In this document: positions 49,301-60,800 of the stretch, one piece after another | How the letters are laid out: every line of letters begins with the position of its first letter | Position numbering within the stretch: the first letter of the stretch is position 1 | Notes under the pieces: model-generated | Databases searched by the model: none | What the model saw: only the letters and a program-made list of their open reading frames with translations | Told to the model about the DNA's origin: nothing | Virus record (IMG/VR): IMGVR_UViG_3300021197_000864 | Location: 31,572-95,571 of that record | DNA: 64,000 nt | Reading direction: 5' to 3' (one strand) | Origin: a virus | Made by a program: the position numbers and the translations under genes

Positions 49301-52300
49301 GATAAATTAGTTGATACGTTTGTGACTTTATTAGTATTAGCCGCAACAGCAGAAGCATCAGTGTAACTAACCTTAGCATTGTTAGCGGTAATGTTATCAA
49401 ATATTTCATCAGATATTACACCCCAATTATTTGTGTCTGCTAACGGTAAAGATACATTATTACCATTAGTAGTAGTAATACTTAATGATGTACCATTTGC
49501 AACTGCCGCTAGATTACCTACTACATTAGTATCCTTTGCTGTATTAAGAGCAATAGCATCAAATATACCTGTTGACATTACACCACTTACAGATGTAGTC
49601 GCAACAGGTAAAGTGAATCCTGTTCCATCAGAATTAGTTATTGTTCTTGCACCTGTCGTTCCCGTAATCGCTAAATTAGAAACCACGTTAGTAGCCTTAA
49701 CATCATTCAATGCTACTCTATTTTCTAACTTACCTATACCAACTAATATAGAATCTGTTGCACCTACTGTTCCACCGGATGATACACTTAAATTAGTTAA
49801 TTCTTTTCCTGTTACTTCTGTTGTACTTAATTGAGTATCAGTAGCAGTAATAGTTATATCACTAGTATTAGATGTTAAAGTAATATTTGACCCTTGTTTT
49901 AATTTCTTAAATTCTAAGTCTGCACCATCTTTTTGTTTGAATACCCCTACTTCTGTACCACTACCTGAACCCACGTTAGAAGCAGTATTAGATTCACCAC
50001 TAGCCGCAGATAAGGCATAACGACCATCTAAATCAACCGTTAAATCGCCTAATGAACCCGTTCTACCCAGTGTAAAGACACCTGAACCAGTGTTAAACGC
50101 CACACTTTCTGCATAATTATTCGTGTTGGAAACGGTATTAGTGAAAGTAATTTTATCACTACTTCTTGCTATACTTAATCCTGTACCTGCTTCAAGTACT
50201 ACATCATCAGTACCACCTGCACTATCAGTTAACCGAATCTTTTCTTCATCAGTATTATCACCATCAACCGCAGATATTGAATAAGTTGTATTGTCATCAG
50301 AAGATTGGTCAGCAACTACTAGTTGTATTTTACCTGCACCTTCACCACCATCAACATAAGAAGTAACTATTCTTGTTTCTGAATTACTCTCAAACATATT
50401 ACCTACAATATCTTGTACTGCTTCTGTTGATAATTGGTCATTATCATAATTACCTGCATGAATATTTGTAGAACCTTGGTCAGCAGTCCAATCTATTATT
50501 TCATTATCTGAAATACCTAAATCAGAACGAACCTCTGCTGTCGTTCTTGCTTCTAATGTATTTGAATCTGTAAACCTAGCATATTCAGTTGCATTTACTG
50601 TTCCTGTTGTATCAACTGTACCTGCACTTGCAGTAGCATTTGCTTCTGCCGCAGGGAAACCAATTGATTCCCATTCTCCTGAAGTAACTTCATCTGCACC
50701 CGCAGAATGAGCCTGATACATTCTATTATTATCATCGGTATCAATCCAAATATCACCTGCTGAAACGGCAGTAGGTACACTTGTTTGTCTAAATGTTCTA
50801 CTTCTTGTAGCACCATCTTCAGGTAAAGTAGTAGTGAAGAGTTTACCACTACCAACTACATGAGAAGAAGCAATACTAGCATTCTTAACATCTGCATCAC
50901 TTAATGTTGTAGAACCATCTGCTGCTTTAAGGTTAGTACCTAATCTAGCACCAACGGTAGCGTTATTTGCAGGTGCGTTTGCTGTACCTGCTACATCCGA
51001 CCAATTAGTATTTGCATTTAATGCAGTAGTATCTGTTAACTTAGTACTACCATCTTCTAATAATATATTTCCACTAGAACCTAATGTTCCACCAACAGTA
51101 GCATTGTCAGCAGGTTTAGTATTATTAGCATCTTGAATCTCATCATATTCTGTTTTTCTATTATCAAATACAACATCAACAGGAGTACCTGCGGTATCTT
51201 GTATAGTTGTTGTAGAACTACCATCGAAAAATTCTAACTTACCTGTGGTAGCATTAACCCTAACTGCTAGATTATTTGATAATGCCCTACCTGCTACTGT
51301 TCTAGTAATAGGAACTTTACTTGCTAAATCGGTTGATAAATCTTCTATTTTAGATTGTGCTAATGTAGGTATTCTGCTAGTACCAAATTCACCACTACCA
51401 ATTTTATCAGCAGGTAATGTTGGAATTAACCCATGAGTTACAGCACCCATTAATTGTGTTAATGTTATTTTTCTATTTGCAGACGCAGTAGCATCATAAA
51501 ATGCTAAAGTGTCATTAGTGAGATGAATGCCTGATTCACCAATTAAAGCATCTATATCTAAATGCTCATCAGTAGATGAAAAAGAAACTGTATCTGTACC
51601 ACTAGTTGTTGTAATTGAAACATTAGTCCCACCTACTAAAGTAAGAGTATCTGTTTTAGCATCAGCCGCAACAGTTGTTTGACCACTTACTGCTACATTA
51701 CTGAAAGCATTTTGATTTACTTCTCCACCTGATGCAGTACCTAAAGCAACCCAATTACCCCCATGATAATATTCTATATTTCCACCATCATATCTTATTG
51801 ACCCTGCGTCAGTAAGATTACTAGTAGTTAATGTAATTCCATTACTTGTCTTTAATTGATTCGGTATAGTAACTATACCTGTTTGGGTTATAGATAAATA
51901 TGAGTTATCTGCTCTAAATACTGAATCAGCATCATTAGATAAGAAACCATCTTGGTATCTTTTATCTGCAACAAACCCTATTTGTAATAATCCTGTACCT
52001 GTTCCCGCAGTAGAAAATTGTTTTCCAATACCCCAAGTATAATCATCATCTTGATTACTTGTATTTGTATCTTCATCGTGTGATAAAACAAGACCTGCTC
52101 TATGTTGATTGTTTTGAGTTTCAATAGCATATACTGCACCTGTTCCATAATATTCTATACCTGCACCTGTACTCTCAGCAGCAGCATCAACAACTAATCT
52201 TGCTTCTGTATATTGAGTGTCTTTTAATTCCATTTGTGGGTATCTAAGGTTACTATAATAAGCACCTGCATTGAATAATTCATTTGCCGCAAAAGTAGTT

Positions 52301-54471
52301 GCCCCTGTTAATGTAGCAACACCTTGTATATTTTTACCTACTAATATTCTATCAACAGCAGATATTTGACTAACTGCTTCAATCTTTGGAGAAGATAATA
52401 CATTGGTACTAGCATTGAAAGTTAATGTAGTATCAGTTTCTATTTCCTTTGCCCCTGTTGTTCCATTTACAAATGCAAGGTTAAATGCTGTATTTACAGT
52501 ACTACTATCTTTTGATGTAACCGTATCTGCATTACCCGTTACATTTCCTGTTAAAGCACCTGCAAAACCTACTGAAGTTAGAATACCCGTATTAGGTTTG
52601 TAACTTAATTTAGTTTCTGTTTCAAGACCCTGCGTACCTGTTGCACCATCTACAAAGACGGGATATACAGTTTCATCAGTTTCATTGTTATCTGTTATTG
52701 TTACTGTTCCTGCATTACCTGTTGTATCTTGGTTTAATGTTGGTATATCTGTACCTGCTAATGCTCTAAATGCAGGTGCAGCAGCATTACCTGTTGTTGG
52801 TCCTGCATATACAAAAGTAGCAGATGTTGTACCTGCTAGATTTGTTGCAGTATCAGCATTACCAGTTGTATTTGCATTTGCTAACGCTAATGTTCCTGTT
52901 GTTGAAGGTAAAGTAATAGTTACATTAGAGTCAGAAGGGTCTTGTGCCTCTAGTATTACTTCTCCATCATCACCACTAGAATCATCACCACCTGCATTAG
53001 TTGCGAAGAATGATATTTTGTTATTGTCTGTAATTCTAATAGTTTCATTGTGGTATGTTGTATCTCCTGTTACTGTCAAATTACCTGCTATTGTAATTGT
53101 ATCATCTGCTTGTGTGCCAATAGTTATATTCCCACCTAAGTCAGCATTTAGAGCAGATACTACATCAGCAGTTGTTGTAGTATTTGTCTGATGAGTATCA
53201 ATCATACTATGAATATCAGCAGGTGTAAATCTTCTAATTGTTGATACAGTTCCATCTGTTCTTTCTTGTGTAGTAACTGCTGTAACTTGATTGTTGTATG
53301 CAGTCTCTACCTGTGCATCAGATAATTGAGTATTTGTGGTAGTATCAGTTGGTACACCCCATGACCCATCTCCTTTCAAAAACTTTACATTATCTCCTGC
53401 TGATGGTGCTTTAACTAAACCTTGTGTACCTGCATTAGTACCGTCTGCACCTGTATAATCTGAATACACTGTATTAGTAGGAATAGCCCATGTAGAATCT
53501 CCCCTTAAGAATTTTACATTATCAGTAGCAGCAGGTGATGTAACTAATCCTGTTGTTCCTGCATTACTTCCATCTGCACCTGTAAAAACTGCGTATTCAG
53601 TGTTGCTATCAGTAGCAGACAAAACACCGTTAGTAATACTCAAATTAGTTCCTACTTTAATACCACCTAAAGCATTAGCAGTAGCAATTGGTAATGAGTA
53701 ATTATTTGCAGAAGCATCAATCCCATCTAACTTAGTTATCTGAGTTGATGTAGCCAAACCTGTTTGAGATGCAGTTGCGTTTGGTATTGCAGAAGTATAT
53801 TCTATATCGGAAGTTAATGCAACTGTACCTGTTGTAGCAGGTAATGTTAATGTTGTTGCTGTTCCTGAAACTGTTTTTGTAATAGTACCATCAGCATTAA
53901 TTCTAATAGTTTCAACACCACCACTAACCGCAGAAAACTCTTTTGTATTTTGAGTATAACCTAAAAATTGTATTGGTCTATTTGTTAGATTAGCATTAGT
54001 ACCACCTACATATTTAACTACTGCAATTGGTATGTCGCCATCTGTTATTGCGGCAACAGTAATATTGTCAGTATCTAATTTACCTGTTGATAACGTATCT
54101 CCACTAGCAGGAGTACCATGTCTCCATTTTAGAGTGTTAGCAGATTCACCACTTTCAGTTCCATCACAAACAACTAGTACACCATACCAATCTTTAGTGT
54201 TTGAAGTACCTGTTGAAGCAGAAGTAGTTACATCGTCTGCAACAACCGATTCTAATTTACCGAATCTTAATACTTTACCCGCAGTTACAGCATAATGAGT
54301 GTGGCTATTTGTAGTTCCTTGAGTAATATTAAAACCACTAATTGCTCTATTTTCACCACTAGCAGCATTAAGGTACATTATGATAGCAGAGTGAATTGAA
54401 TCGGTTGCATCGTCTATTTGAGCAGTCGGGGAAGCACCCAATGTACTTATGTTTCCTGTATTTGTTACCAT
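43309..54471 (-). CDS. Giant tail fibre / adhesin (3720 aa)
   Basis: T/G/S/D/N-rich, with fibre-type repeats (TLTNKTL, DAVTYAK, TIAAGTGI, F..DT.TGMYR, DGSANQVIQTDGSGNLSF). Confidence 0.85.
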   Translation of the reverse strand: MVTNTGNISTLGASPTAQIDDATDSIHSAIIMYLNAASGENRAISGFNITQGTTNSHTHYAVTAGKVLRFGKLESVVADDVTTSASTGTSNTKDWYGVLVVCDGTESGESANTLKWRHGTPASGDTLSTGKLDTDNITVAAITDGDIPIAVVKYVGGTNANLTNRPIQFLGYTQNTKEFSAVSGGVETIRINADGTITKTVSGTATTLTLPATTGTVALTSDIEYTSAIPNATASQTGLATSTQITKLDGIDASANNYSLPIATANALGGIKVGTNLSITNGVLSATDSNTEYAVFTGADGSNAGTTGLVTSPAATDNVKFLRGDSTWAIPTNTVYSDYTGADGTNAGTQGLVKAPSAGDNVKFLKGDGSWGVPTDTTTNTQLSDAQVETAYNNQVTAVTTQERTDGTVSTIRRFTPADIHSMIDTHQTNTTTTADVVSALNADLGGNITIGTQADDTITIAGNLTVTGDTTYHNETIRITDNNKISFFATNAGGDDSSGDDGEVILEAQDPSDSNVTITLPSTTGTLALANANTTGNADTATNLAGTTSATFVYAGPTTGNAAAPAFRALAGTDIPTLNQDTTGNAGTVTITDNNETDETVYPVFVDGATGTQGLETETKLSYKPNTGILTSVGFAGALTGNVTGNADTVTSKDSSTVNTAFNLAFVNGTTGAKEIETDTTLTFNASTNVLSSPKIEAVSQISAVDRILVGKNIQGVATLTGATTFAANELFNAGAYYSNLRYPQMELKDTQYTEARLVVDAAAESTGAGIEYYGTGAVYAIETQNNQHRAGLVLSHDEDTNTSNQDDDYTWGIGKQFSTAGTGTGLLQIGFVADKRYQDGFLSNDADSVFRADNSYLSITQTGIVTIPNQLKTSNGITLTTSNLTDAGSIRYDGGNIEYYHGGNWVALGTASGGEVNQNAFSNVAVSGQTTVAADAKTDTLTLVGGTNVSITTTSGTDTVSFSSTDEHLDIDALIGESGIHLTNDTLAFYDATASANRKITLTQLMGAVTHGLIPTLPADKIGSGEFGTSRIPTLAQSKIEDLSTDLASKVPITRTVAGRALSNNLAVRVNATTGKLEFFDGSSTTTIQDTAGTPVDVVFDNRKTEYDEIQDANNTKPADNATVGGTLGSSGNILLEDGSTKLTDTTALNANTNWSDVAGTANAPANNATVGARLGTNLKAADGSTTLSDADVKNASIASSHVVGSGKLFTTTLPEDGATRSRTFRQTSVPTAVSAGDIWIDTDDNNRMYQAHSAGADEVTSGEWESIGFPAAEANATASAGTVDTTGTVNATEYARFTDSNTLEARTTAEVRSDLGISDNEIIDWTADQGSTNIHAGNYDNDQLSTEAVQDIVGNMFESNSETRIVTSYVDGGEGAGKIQLVVADQSSDDNTTYSISAVDGDNTDEEKIRLTDSAGGTDDVVLEAGTGLSIARSSDKITFTNTVSNTNNYAESVAFNTGSGVFTLGRTGSLGDLTVDLDGRYALSAASGESNTASNVGSGSGTEVGVFKQKDGADLEFKKLKQGSNITLTSNTSDITITATDTQLSTTEVTGKELTNLSVSSGGTVGATDSILVGIGKLENRVALNDVKATNVVSNLAITGTTGARTITNSDGTGFTLPVATTSVSGVMSTGIFDAIALNTAKDTNVVGNLAAVANGTSLSITTTNGNNVSLPLADTNNWGVISDEIFDNITANNAKVSYTDASAVAANTNKVTNVSTNLSVSRDGTKLHVVSSDGTNAELPLADTDNWGVMSDEMFDKLDGIETSADVTDTTNVHSALNAAMPSNALTIGDGNTAVSIPGDLTVTGTVTTNNVETVSTSNGVVFEGSTADNSETTLVGGNPSGSNNDITITLPNTQGTLALQNENTTGTAGGLSSTLAISSGGTGSTTVSGARTGLGATTVGANLFTLTNPSAITFPRLNADNTVSALSDADFRTAIGASAAGASNFATGDITGATDLGNNVASGDSLIIHDTSESALREMTIDNLTTYFNSASILTNLANTDTNTNQLTTFTLRGTTNTAPTTVGHNDTITIAAGTGITTTSTSDGVITIANTVTNTDTNTTYDLTLEQTGGNNNNPVLRLDPSSGSNDDITITGGTNVTVTRTSATELTISSTDTNTDTINMGDGFIVVGDSNSNATTIVEGETLTIAGGTGISTDTSADGTLTITNDVANTNTFRTIELDTNGDGSVNNTLTSTEALRLKKGSNITLAEVDGVVTISSTDTNTNTEYTAGTNLTLSGTEFSVDDAFLKNDANDTTTGTITAAGFTTTGTWTFDDASTGTVGITTIHTGTGFADNDTSLMTAGAIREKIEDYGYITSFTNTVDMGDGFKIRDDDNDDLIITENEFIKFTAATGTAGTNLSGSGTTSDPYVMAITLPDTDTVYSHPNHSGDVTSSGDGATTIAADAVTYAKMQNIATANRVLGSSSADGAVSEVQVATAMIADDAVTYAKLQHTTTNNRVLGATSAGVISEVQVSNAMLAGSIADSKLSTISTADKVALTALNIDGATALNNNLVNTDLMIVDDGADGTNRKATMANLATYMQSSLTFTSNSDVDVNVANLIDRLVDIDSNVTIGSASTVDTTISGDLTVTGDLLVSGTATTLDVATLEVTDLNITVAKDASSSAATNGAGLTFGSGWSSGTIPTLTYDHSNTRLAVNVPLQATSFVGNASTSTEATNVTVSANNTANETVYLTFVDGATGTQGVETDTGLNYNPSTGRFTATSFGGSVVGDLTGNADTSTKIASITNSNIVQLTEEQTLTNKTLTSPTLTTPALGTPSALVLTNATALPAAQVSQGTMASGMVLVAPVLGTPASGTLTNATGYTTSNLVGTITNAQLAGSISQDKLAGSIANDKLATGINAEKLTAGTLPASRIGTGAITEARLGTGAVTNDKVGANAIDTAELADSAVTGDKVSAFTTAYSQIAATSLDDADLGTTDHIKLDDATGFPTRGLLEIGNELVYYTGIDGNGQTTGTVRGHAGTTAVGHSDNTTIKAPEGVKVTVGGSKDIFIPRFEGAGASSIGKAGLVPSIPAGKTATYLRGDGAWADSGTVGNGNTGLVDGDAVYDYIAAQNFGSGSGDITAVVAGTGLSGGATSGSATLNIDSTVATLTGTQTLTNKTLGSVTTLFGTGSATAKISSNGSQDLVLTTNTNAGWTEPYIQINDSTSGSIYINNGDDANSKVVLGRDSTSKVQINGLYYLPQSDGSANQVIQTDGSGNLSFTTVSSGDTNAGGVNGSASAPTFSFASDTNTGMYRLTSDTLAFSVGGSNAMYMQSSKVEANKRFEIIAGSNTAPGLSLAGDDNTGIYRYAENQIGFTIDGTAQLFIKDGVIEPVTDDDIDLGTGSSQFKNAYFDGTVKTDNLTVDSTASVAANISLGGGSYTSPSFTFIDDNDCGMGREDTNAIFLGTGGSPRLKIYSDGAVDLVDSKLKIGNSYGSDGQVLTSTGSGVAWETPSGGTVGGSDTELLYNNGGTEDGIASFTYDNTSSSEKFVISASSDQQLLRITQTGSGDAFIVEDSSNVDSTPFKINGSGNVAIGGASYGNKLQVHGDVGFTATNFYIGGGSGKFMALSGTEAAPYYTFNGDTDTGMYRIGDNNFGFSTGGTARLTIGSSGEVAIPGQMTSRANVVAASSNTTLTIAQSGSYVYWTGGTLTLPASGTVGTQYTVINNKGSQASIALNSTNCSMISGFTNAAIADHELASFICVTANNWIMVG

Positions 54472-54813
54472 CTAATTCACCTCAATCCTTATTGTAAAAG
54501 TAACTGTGTCACTAGCCGCTACAACGCCTGTGCTTGTAAAGGTAATCCTACTCAGTAACTTACTACCATCATTTTTGAAAACTCCTAATTCTGAAACACC
54601 GGAAGAAGGAATATCAGAACCCAAAAAATCTACATTCCATACTAAAGTAGAACCCACTACGGATGGAGTTATACCTGCTTTTTCTGCTACAAAGTGGTCT
54701 AAACTAGTTTGTGAAGCAGATGTACTATCTGCACCATCCCCAATTTTAATTAATTTATAATTACTAGCAATATAATTAGTTGCTATATCTTCTTTTGCGC
54801 CATTAGTTATCAT
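54472..54813 (-). CDS. Tail/baseplate small structural protein
   Basis: MITNGAK...IKIGDG...SELGVF pattern typical of fibre-attachment proteins. Confidence 0.65.
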   Translation of the reverse strand: MITNGAKEDIATNYIASNYKLIKIGDGADSTSASQTSLDHFVAEKAGITPSVVGSTLVWNVDFLGSDIPSSGVSELGVFKNDGSKLLSRITFTSTGVVAASDTVTFTIRIEVN

Positions 54814-54815
54814 TA

Positions 54816-57800
54816 TTACACATCCTTTTCACTCTCATATGTGGTATTAGTAGTGGTACTTGTTTCCCCAAAGCCTAAAGTATTTCCGAATCCAAGAATT
54901 AAATCTGCGCCCATAGTAGTACTATCAGAAGTTGATTTAATTTCATATTTAATAAGGTTATTATTAATTTGTATTTCATCAAATAATGCTTTACCAACAA
55001 CATTTTCAGTTGCATTTTTAGTAAACAATGTAAAGTTAGCATTCTGTTGTTCTAAGTTAATTTCAGATAGTCTTTCTGCAATTGATTTATCAAATGTACC
55101 TACGGTAATTTCTGCTGTTCCTGATAAAACATTTTCTATATCAAAAACCATATAATCATCTCTAGGTATTTGTTGATTAGGGAAATCTAAAGATATAATA
55201 TCTCCCGCCTCTAAAAGTTCTATTCCTTTCTTTTGTAGAACTAATTTTATCTTTCTTACATCTTTATTGTGGTGATTTAATAACTTTATTGCTTTTATTT
55301 TTGCTTCGTCAGGAGTTTTAATAGAAGCATCTACATGACGTAATACTTGTGGAGTATTATTGGTTGGTAATTCCATTTCTGCTTTTACACCATCTCCGAC
55401 AACTATTACTTTGGTCTTTTTATCGAATAGTGTTTTATTAGATTGTACACGTATTAAATTATTATCTTTGCTATATGATACATGATATTTTCTTAAAGCA
55501 TATGGACTAGATAAATTTCTAGTAATTATAGCATTATTTTTAATTTTAAAATCTAAATCTTTCAAGTTAGCCAAATAGTTGATTGCACTAAAAGAATCTA
55601 CTGATTCAAATTTAACATTAGTAACAAATGTATTTTTATTTCTCTTAGTAAGTTCATCGAAAGGTGAAGGAGTAAACACTATTCCTCCTCCAAAGGTCAC
55701 TGAAAATGCACCACTAGTAGTATTTTTATCCGTAATTTTACCAATTAGATAGCCATCTTGATTATATATCACATCATTGATGGCTACATTTACCGGACTA
55801 CTACTTAAAGTGACTTCATTTCCACTAGAATAATTACTTTTTACAATTAAATCGGTATATTCTTTCAAACTTTCTTCAATATTTAAATCTAAACCCGATT
55901 CTTTAGCAATTTCTTCAAGAACATTATCAACTTTACTGCCTAATCTAACAGTAGTTCCTAAAAATGCATTCTTAGGGGTGATGTTTAACTTCTTAGGAAG
56001 AGTCAAATTGATTACTTTACCAAAAGAAACACAACCATTTGCTGAAATCTTACCATCATATTCAAACTTTAATGCGCTATTTGATTTTGTTACAGATAAA
56101 GATTTTCTCTGCTCATTTATACCATCACTAATAAAACAATCAATCTCTTCGCCATCTGTAAACATACTCATGTTAGCGAATAATCTTCTTTCTAAATATG
56201 TATTAGCAGTATCTATTTCTAATAACATATGCATAGAATATACACCTTCCGAATCAGTAGACTTAACTCCTTCTACACCGCCTGTTTTGAAGTCAGCAAA
56301 TACTTTATCATGTTGTAAGCCTGAATCATCCATTACATTAATTTCAAAGAAATCAGGTGTTTCATCGAATGTGGTTTCTGATATTCTCATTAATCTATAT
56401 GTACCCGCAGCACTCAAATCTTTATCGAAAGTAATTGTATGTTGCCATTTGTTACTAACTACTTTTTTTGTATGGCTAATTATTTTACCAATATATGATG
56501 GAGTACCCTTTGTAGTTATATTTGGCCCAACTATATATTGCCCTGTTAAATCTACCATATAGTGTAGCCAATGATGTGTAGAAGTACTATCCATAGTTCT
56601 AGTAATCACACTAGGGGTACTACTATAATCACCTGAAAGAATATTAAATTGTGGTTTTATTAACATTTGGGCAGCAAACATTCTACCCTCTTCATCACCA
56701 CTAACGGTTTCATTATGTACAATATCCGCGTCATTATCCCCTGATATTTTATTCACATTTAATTTGGTTAATCCATTGACTAAAGGATAAGATTCAGTTT
56801 TCATACCGATAAATGCGGCATCTAAATGTCTAAGTGTGCTTGTTGTGTGAAGACCTTCCCTAATTAATAAATTTTTAGAATGTTGATTTTGTGTGGTTAA
56901 AGATACATCAACATTACTAGATGAAGTATCATTATAACTATTATCTATGGTAAGTAAAGAACTAGAATCAAAATCATATAGATTGCTTGCATCCTTACTA
57001 GTTATATTTTTAATATTTCTAAATACAGCAACACAATTATCATAAATAGTTTTAGATGGAAAATCAGCATAATAATGTGGAGTTGTAATCCCATTAGCAG
57101 TTTTAAATAAAGGAGAAGATAATCCCGATAAAACTGCTGAACGGTGATATAAACTACCACTAGAACCTCCATTTACATCTGAATCAGCCGCATTCATTTT
57201 CCCATAATGTACGCCCGAATTAGTTTTTGATTTTGCATTATTAGAAGCACCTGTTGGTAAACCTGTTTCTGAAATAATTGGTAAAAATACATTATGAACA
57301 TCATAACCAAAATTAGAACCATGTTTTAAAGCATTATAAGAAAAGTATAATTCATCCTTATGAGTCAATGCTAAATTAGGTATAGCAAAATAGGCTAATG
57401 TAAAATCAACACTACCTGATGTATTATAAGTTCCATTATCCCCAAGACTATATAAATAGTCATCAGAAGAATCTAGTAAATCAAATGCAGGTCTACTATT
57501 TGTTTGTAATGTAAAAGTTCCATCTCCATTGTCTGTTGCATTAGCAAATCTTCTTAGTTTAATTATAGGAACTCTAGGTATCTCATCTCTATTTTTTAAT
57601 GCATCAGAGTCTATTGGGTTAAAGTGCCAATCAAAAGTTGCTTCGGTCAATCTGATTATACCCCATCTTTGTAATTCTTTAGTATTAGTTGCATCAGAAT
57701 CATCTATTATTGTTATATCATAATCTTTGTCTTGCATTTCATCAGATGTAGTTTTTCCAACATAATTAGTATGTTCTCTTTGGCTTCCTTTGCTTCCTTT

Positions 57801-60800
57801 ACCTTCTAGTAAAAGCCCATAATTTTTGATAGGAGAGTCAATTGAACTATGAGAAATATGATTATATCTTAGGTAAGAATCAGGAAATACATCACCTCTC
57901 GCAAATAACTCATATGTTCTAGCCCTGTAATCTTTTTGGATAAATAACTCTGCTTTATCTTCCAAACTATTACCTTCATTAAATGTACTCGCTACGAGAA
58001 ATCTAGTACCACTACTAAGAGCATTCAATTCCCAATAATTATTTGTGGCCGGTGCGTTATCTTGACCATCAGTAGTCATGACATTTGCTGTTCTAACTGT
58101 GTTAGTTGTGCCTGTTTCTGTAAAGTTTTGTATTAAATTATTATTAGTCGTAATTGCTGTATTTTTATCTACTCCTTCAATAGTAATATTATGTGCTAAA
58201 GTATATCCACTTATTTTACTGGGGGTTTTCCCATTTAAATAAATACTACTAGAATCATTATAATAAATAGTACCCGGTTCAAATGACTGCAAATCTACAT
58301 ATCTAAAAATGTCTTTAGAGGTATAAAAATTGTTAAAAGTATCATTTAATCTATGTAGATACCCACCTCTAGGTAGATTAGGATTTAACAAATACATACT
58401 CGCAGCATTTGTGTGAGTTGCATTAATTCTCGTATCAGAATTATTTACATCAATTACCCCTAAAGTGATAGGAAACTGTGAAGAAACTTCTATTACAGTA
58501 TTATTAGTTTCTGATTCTACCACATTTACTACTGATAGATAATTAGAGGACTGAATAGATTTAGTAATATGTGTTACATAATCATCTTGTTCATTTGCTA
58601 ATTTTAATAAAAATTCAGAATCAAAATCACTAATAGATTTAACAGAATTAACATCATATCCTAGTTGTGACTTATCACCAACATTAGATGACAAGTTTAA
58701 ATTTGTAGTTGCAAGTGTGGTATCAAAAGATAGACCCTTTTCAAAGGTAAGACCTACATCACTAGCCCCATTTAAATCAGTGGGATGCTTATTCATCAAC
58801 GTATTAGCACCCATTGCTTTATTTAGAGAAATAAAATTACTTTCACTAAATGGATTATAATAGTAATATGTACCTCCATTTTCTATACCAACATATGCCT
58901 TATCTAGTAATGTTATAGTACTAGTACCTGATGAGTGAGTTATACTACTAACTTCACCAATCAAATTTTTATTTGTATCAAATAATAAGGTATATTTTGG
59001 TAATAAACTTTCCATATCACCATTTACAGTAGCAGTAGTGCTAGTTATATCTGTATCTATATCAGTAGAACCACCTGTAACTTGAGCCAAAACTAAACTT
59101 GGATTTAAAGTAGATTTAACTATATCATTTGAATAATTTAAATTTTTAGTAAATGTATTACTCAATAAACTTGATGTATTGTCTCTTCCTACTATATCAT
59201 AATTTAACATACCATTTTCCATTGATGAAGTTATATCTTCTATTTTTCCTGTAAATACTTCTTCATGTAAAGTATAACTACCACCATAATAATATACTCT
59301 ATCTTTAGGTGTTTTCTGATAATATTTATCGGTAGCCGACTGCAATGAAAGATATTTTAAATTTCTATCACCGTAATCTACTTTAATATCATGCCCTTTA
59401 AACCCATTAATATATACTCTAGAATTATATAATTTAGTAGATTCCTTTGTAACAGTATGGTTATCCATTGTGATTCTATTGTTTTGGCTAGTTATAATTT
59501 CTGTATCTGCTGAAAACCCTGTAATTAATTTAGAGTTAGAATATACAGAAACATAAACATCAGCAGAACTTACTGTTGGAGGAGTAGAGTCTTGAGTCCA
59601 TGTTGATGCAGTTTTTAACCGTTTATGTGAAACACTAAACTTTTGATTAACCCCATCGGCCTTAGCATCTATTGCATATACTCTATAATAATAATCACCT
59701 ATTAAAATAATTGAATCTACTCCTAATATAGCAGAATAATCATATTTCCAACCTGTATCAGCATTGTCATTAGATTTATTATTGAACGCTAACTGAGTAT
59801 CAGTATTAGTTACTTTATGAAATAATAATTGCATATCTAAGTTATTAGAATAGATACCATTTCTAACTACTAACTTATCTTCTTCTTTATATTTAAGATG
59901 TTGAATACCTGCATTATCTAATCCCTTGACTCTTGCTAATTTAGATAGTTTATTTCTAGGACTATTAACTACGGTATCCATTACAACAGGTAATTTATCG
60001 TTTTTGAGTTCAGCACTTTCCCATGTTATATATTTAGCAGGGCCATTTATTTTTCTATGGGGTGAATCAGGAATAGTATGAAGTGATTCCTCATAAGTTA
60101 AGGTATGGTCTTCTTCATGTCTTTTCATTTTAGGAAATGTTTTATGCCAAAATATAGGGTCTATATTACTATCAGCATCATCTGCAACCATATTATTATC
60201 AACTAATACAGCATCTAATCTACTTCTACCTAAATTCTGTATAGTATTTCCATATTTTCTTTCTGTTCTGAATACTACATTCTGTATAGTTGTACCTACG
60301 GTTACTGAAGAAATAGTACCAAGATTTTGTCTAGCATAATCTAAATAAAATCTATATGATATTGTACCAAGCGGGTCATTTGCGTATTTAGATTCTACAT
60401 TACCTATGTAAGTAGTGCCACTAAATAAAGACCCACCTTCGGTTAGTTGATTATACCCAGTAGAATTAATTGTAAAATATTTTGATGTCGAGCCTTGTTC
60501 ATATTGAGATAAATTACCCCCAGTAGTAGCAAGTATGCTAATAGACTGAGAACCCCAATACCTAACAGAAGTTAATGTATATTTTTCATTATAATCTAGT
60601 TGATTCTTTACCTCTAACCTATCATTGTAAAAATAAAATGTAGGAGTATTAACTATACTTATCTTATCATATTTATTAGTTGAAGCATCAGTATCGCCTC
60701 TAAGACCATAACTAACTGCAACTACATCACTATCATTTGTTTTATGTGGTCCTTTATATATTTCAAACTTAGTTCCTTTAACAATTTCTCCTGTATATTT

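Noticed and set aside
43485-57723. Many plus-strand ORFs rich in V/P/S/L
   Set aside because: Antisense shadows of the long minus-strand structural genes caused by codon bias.
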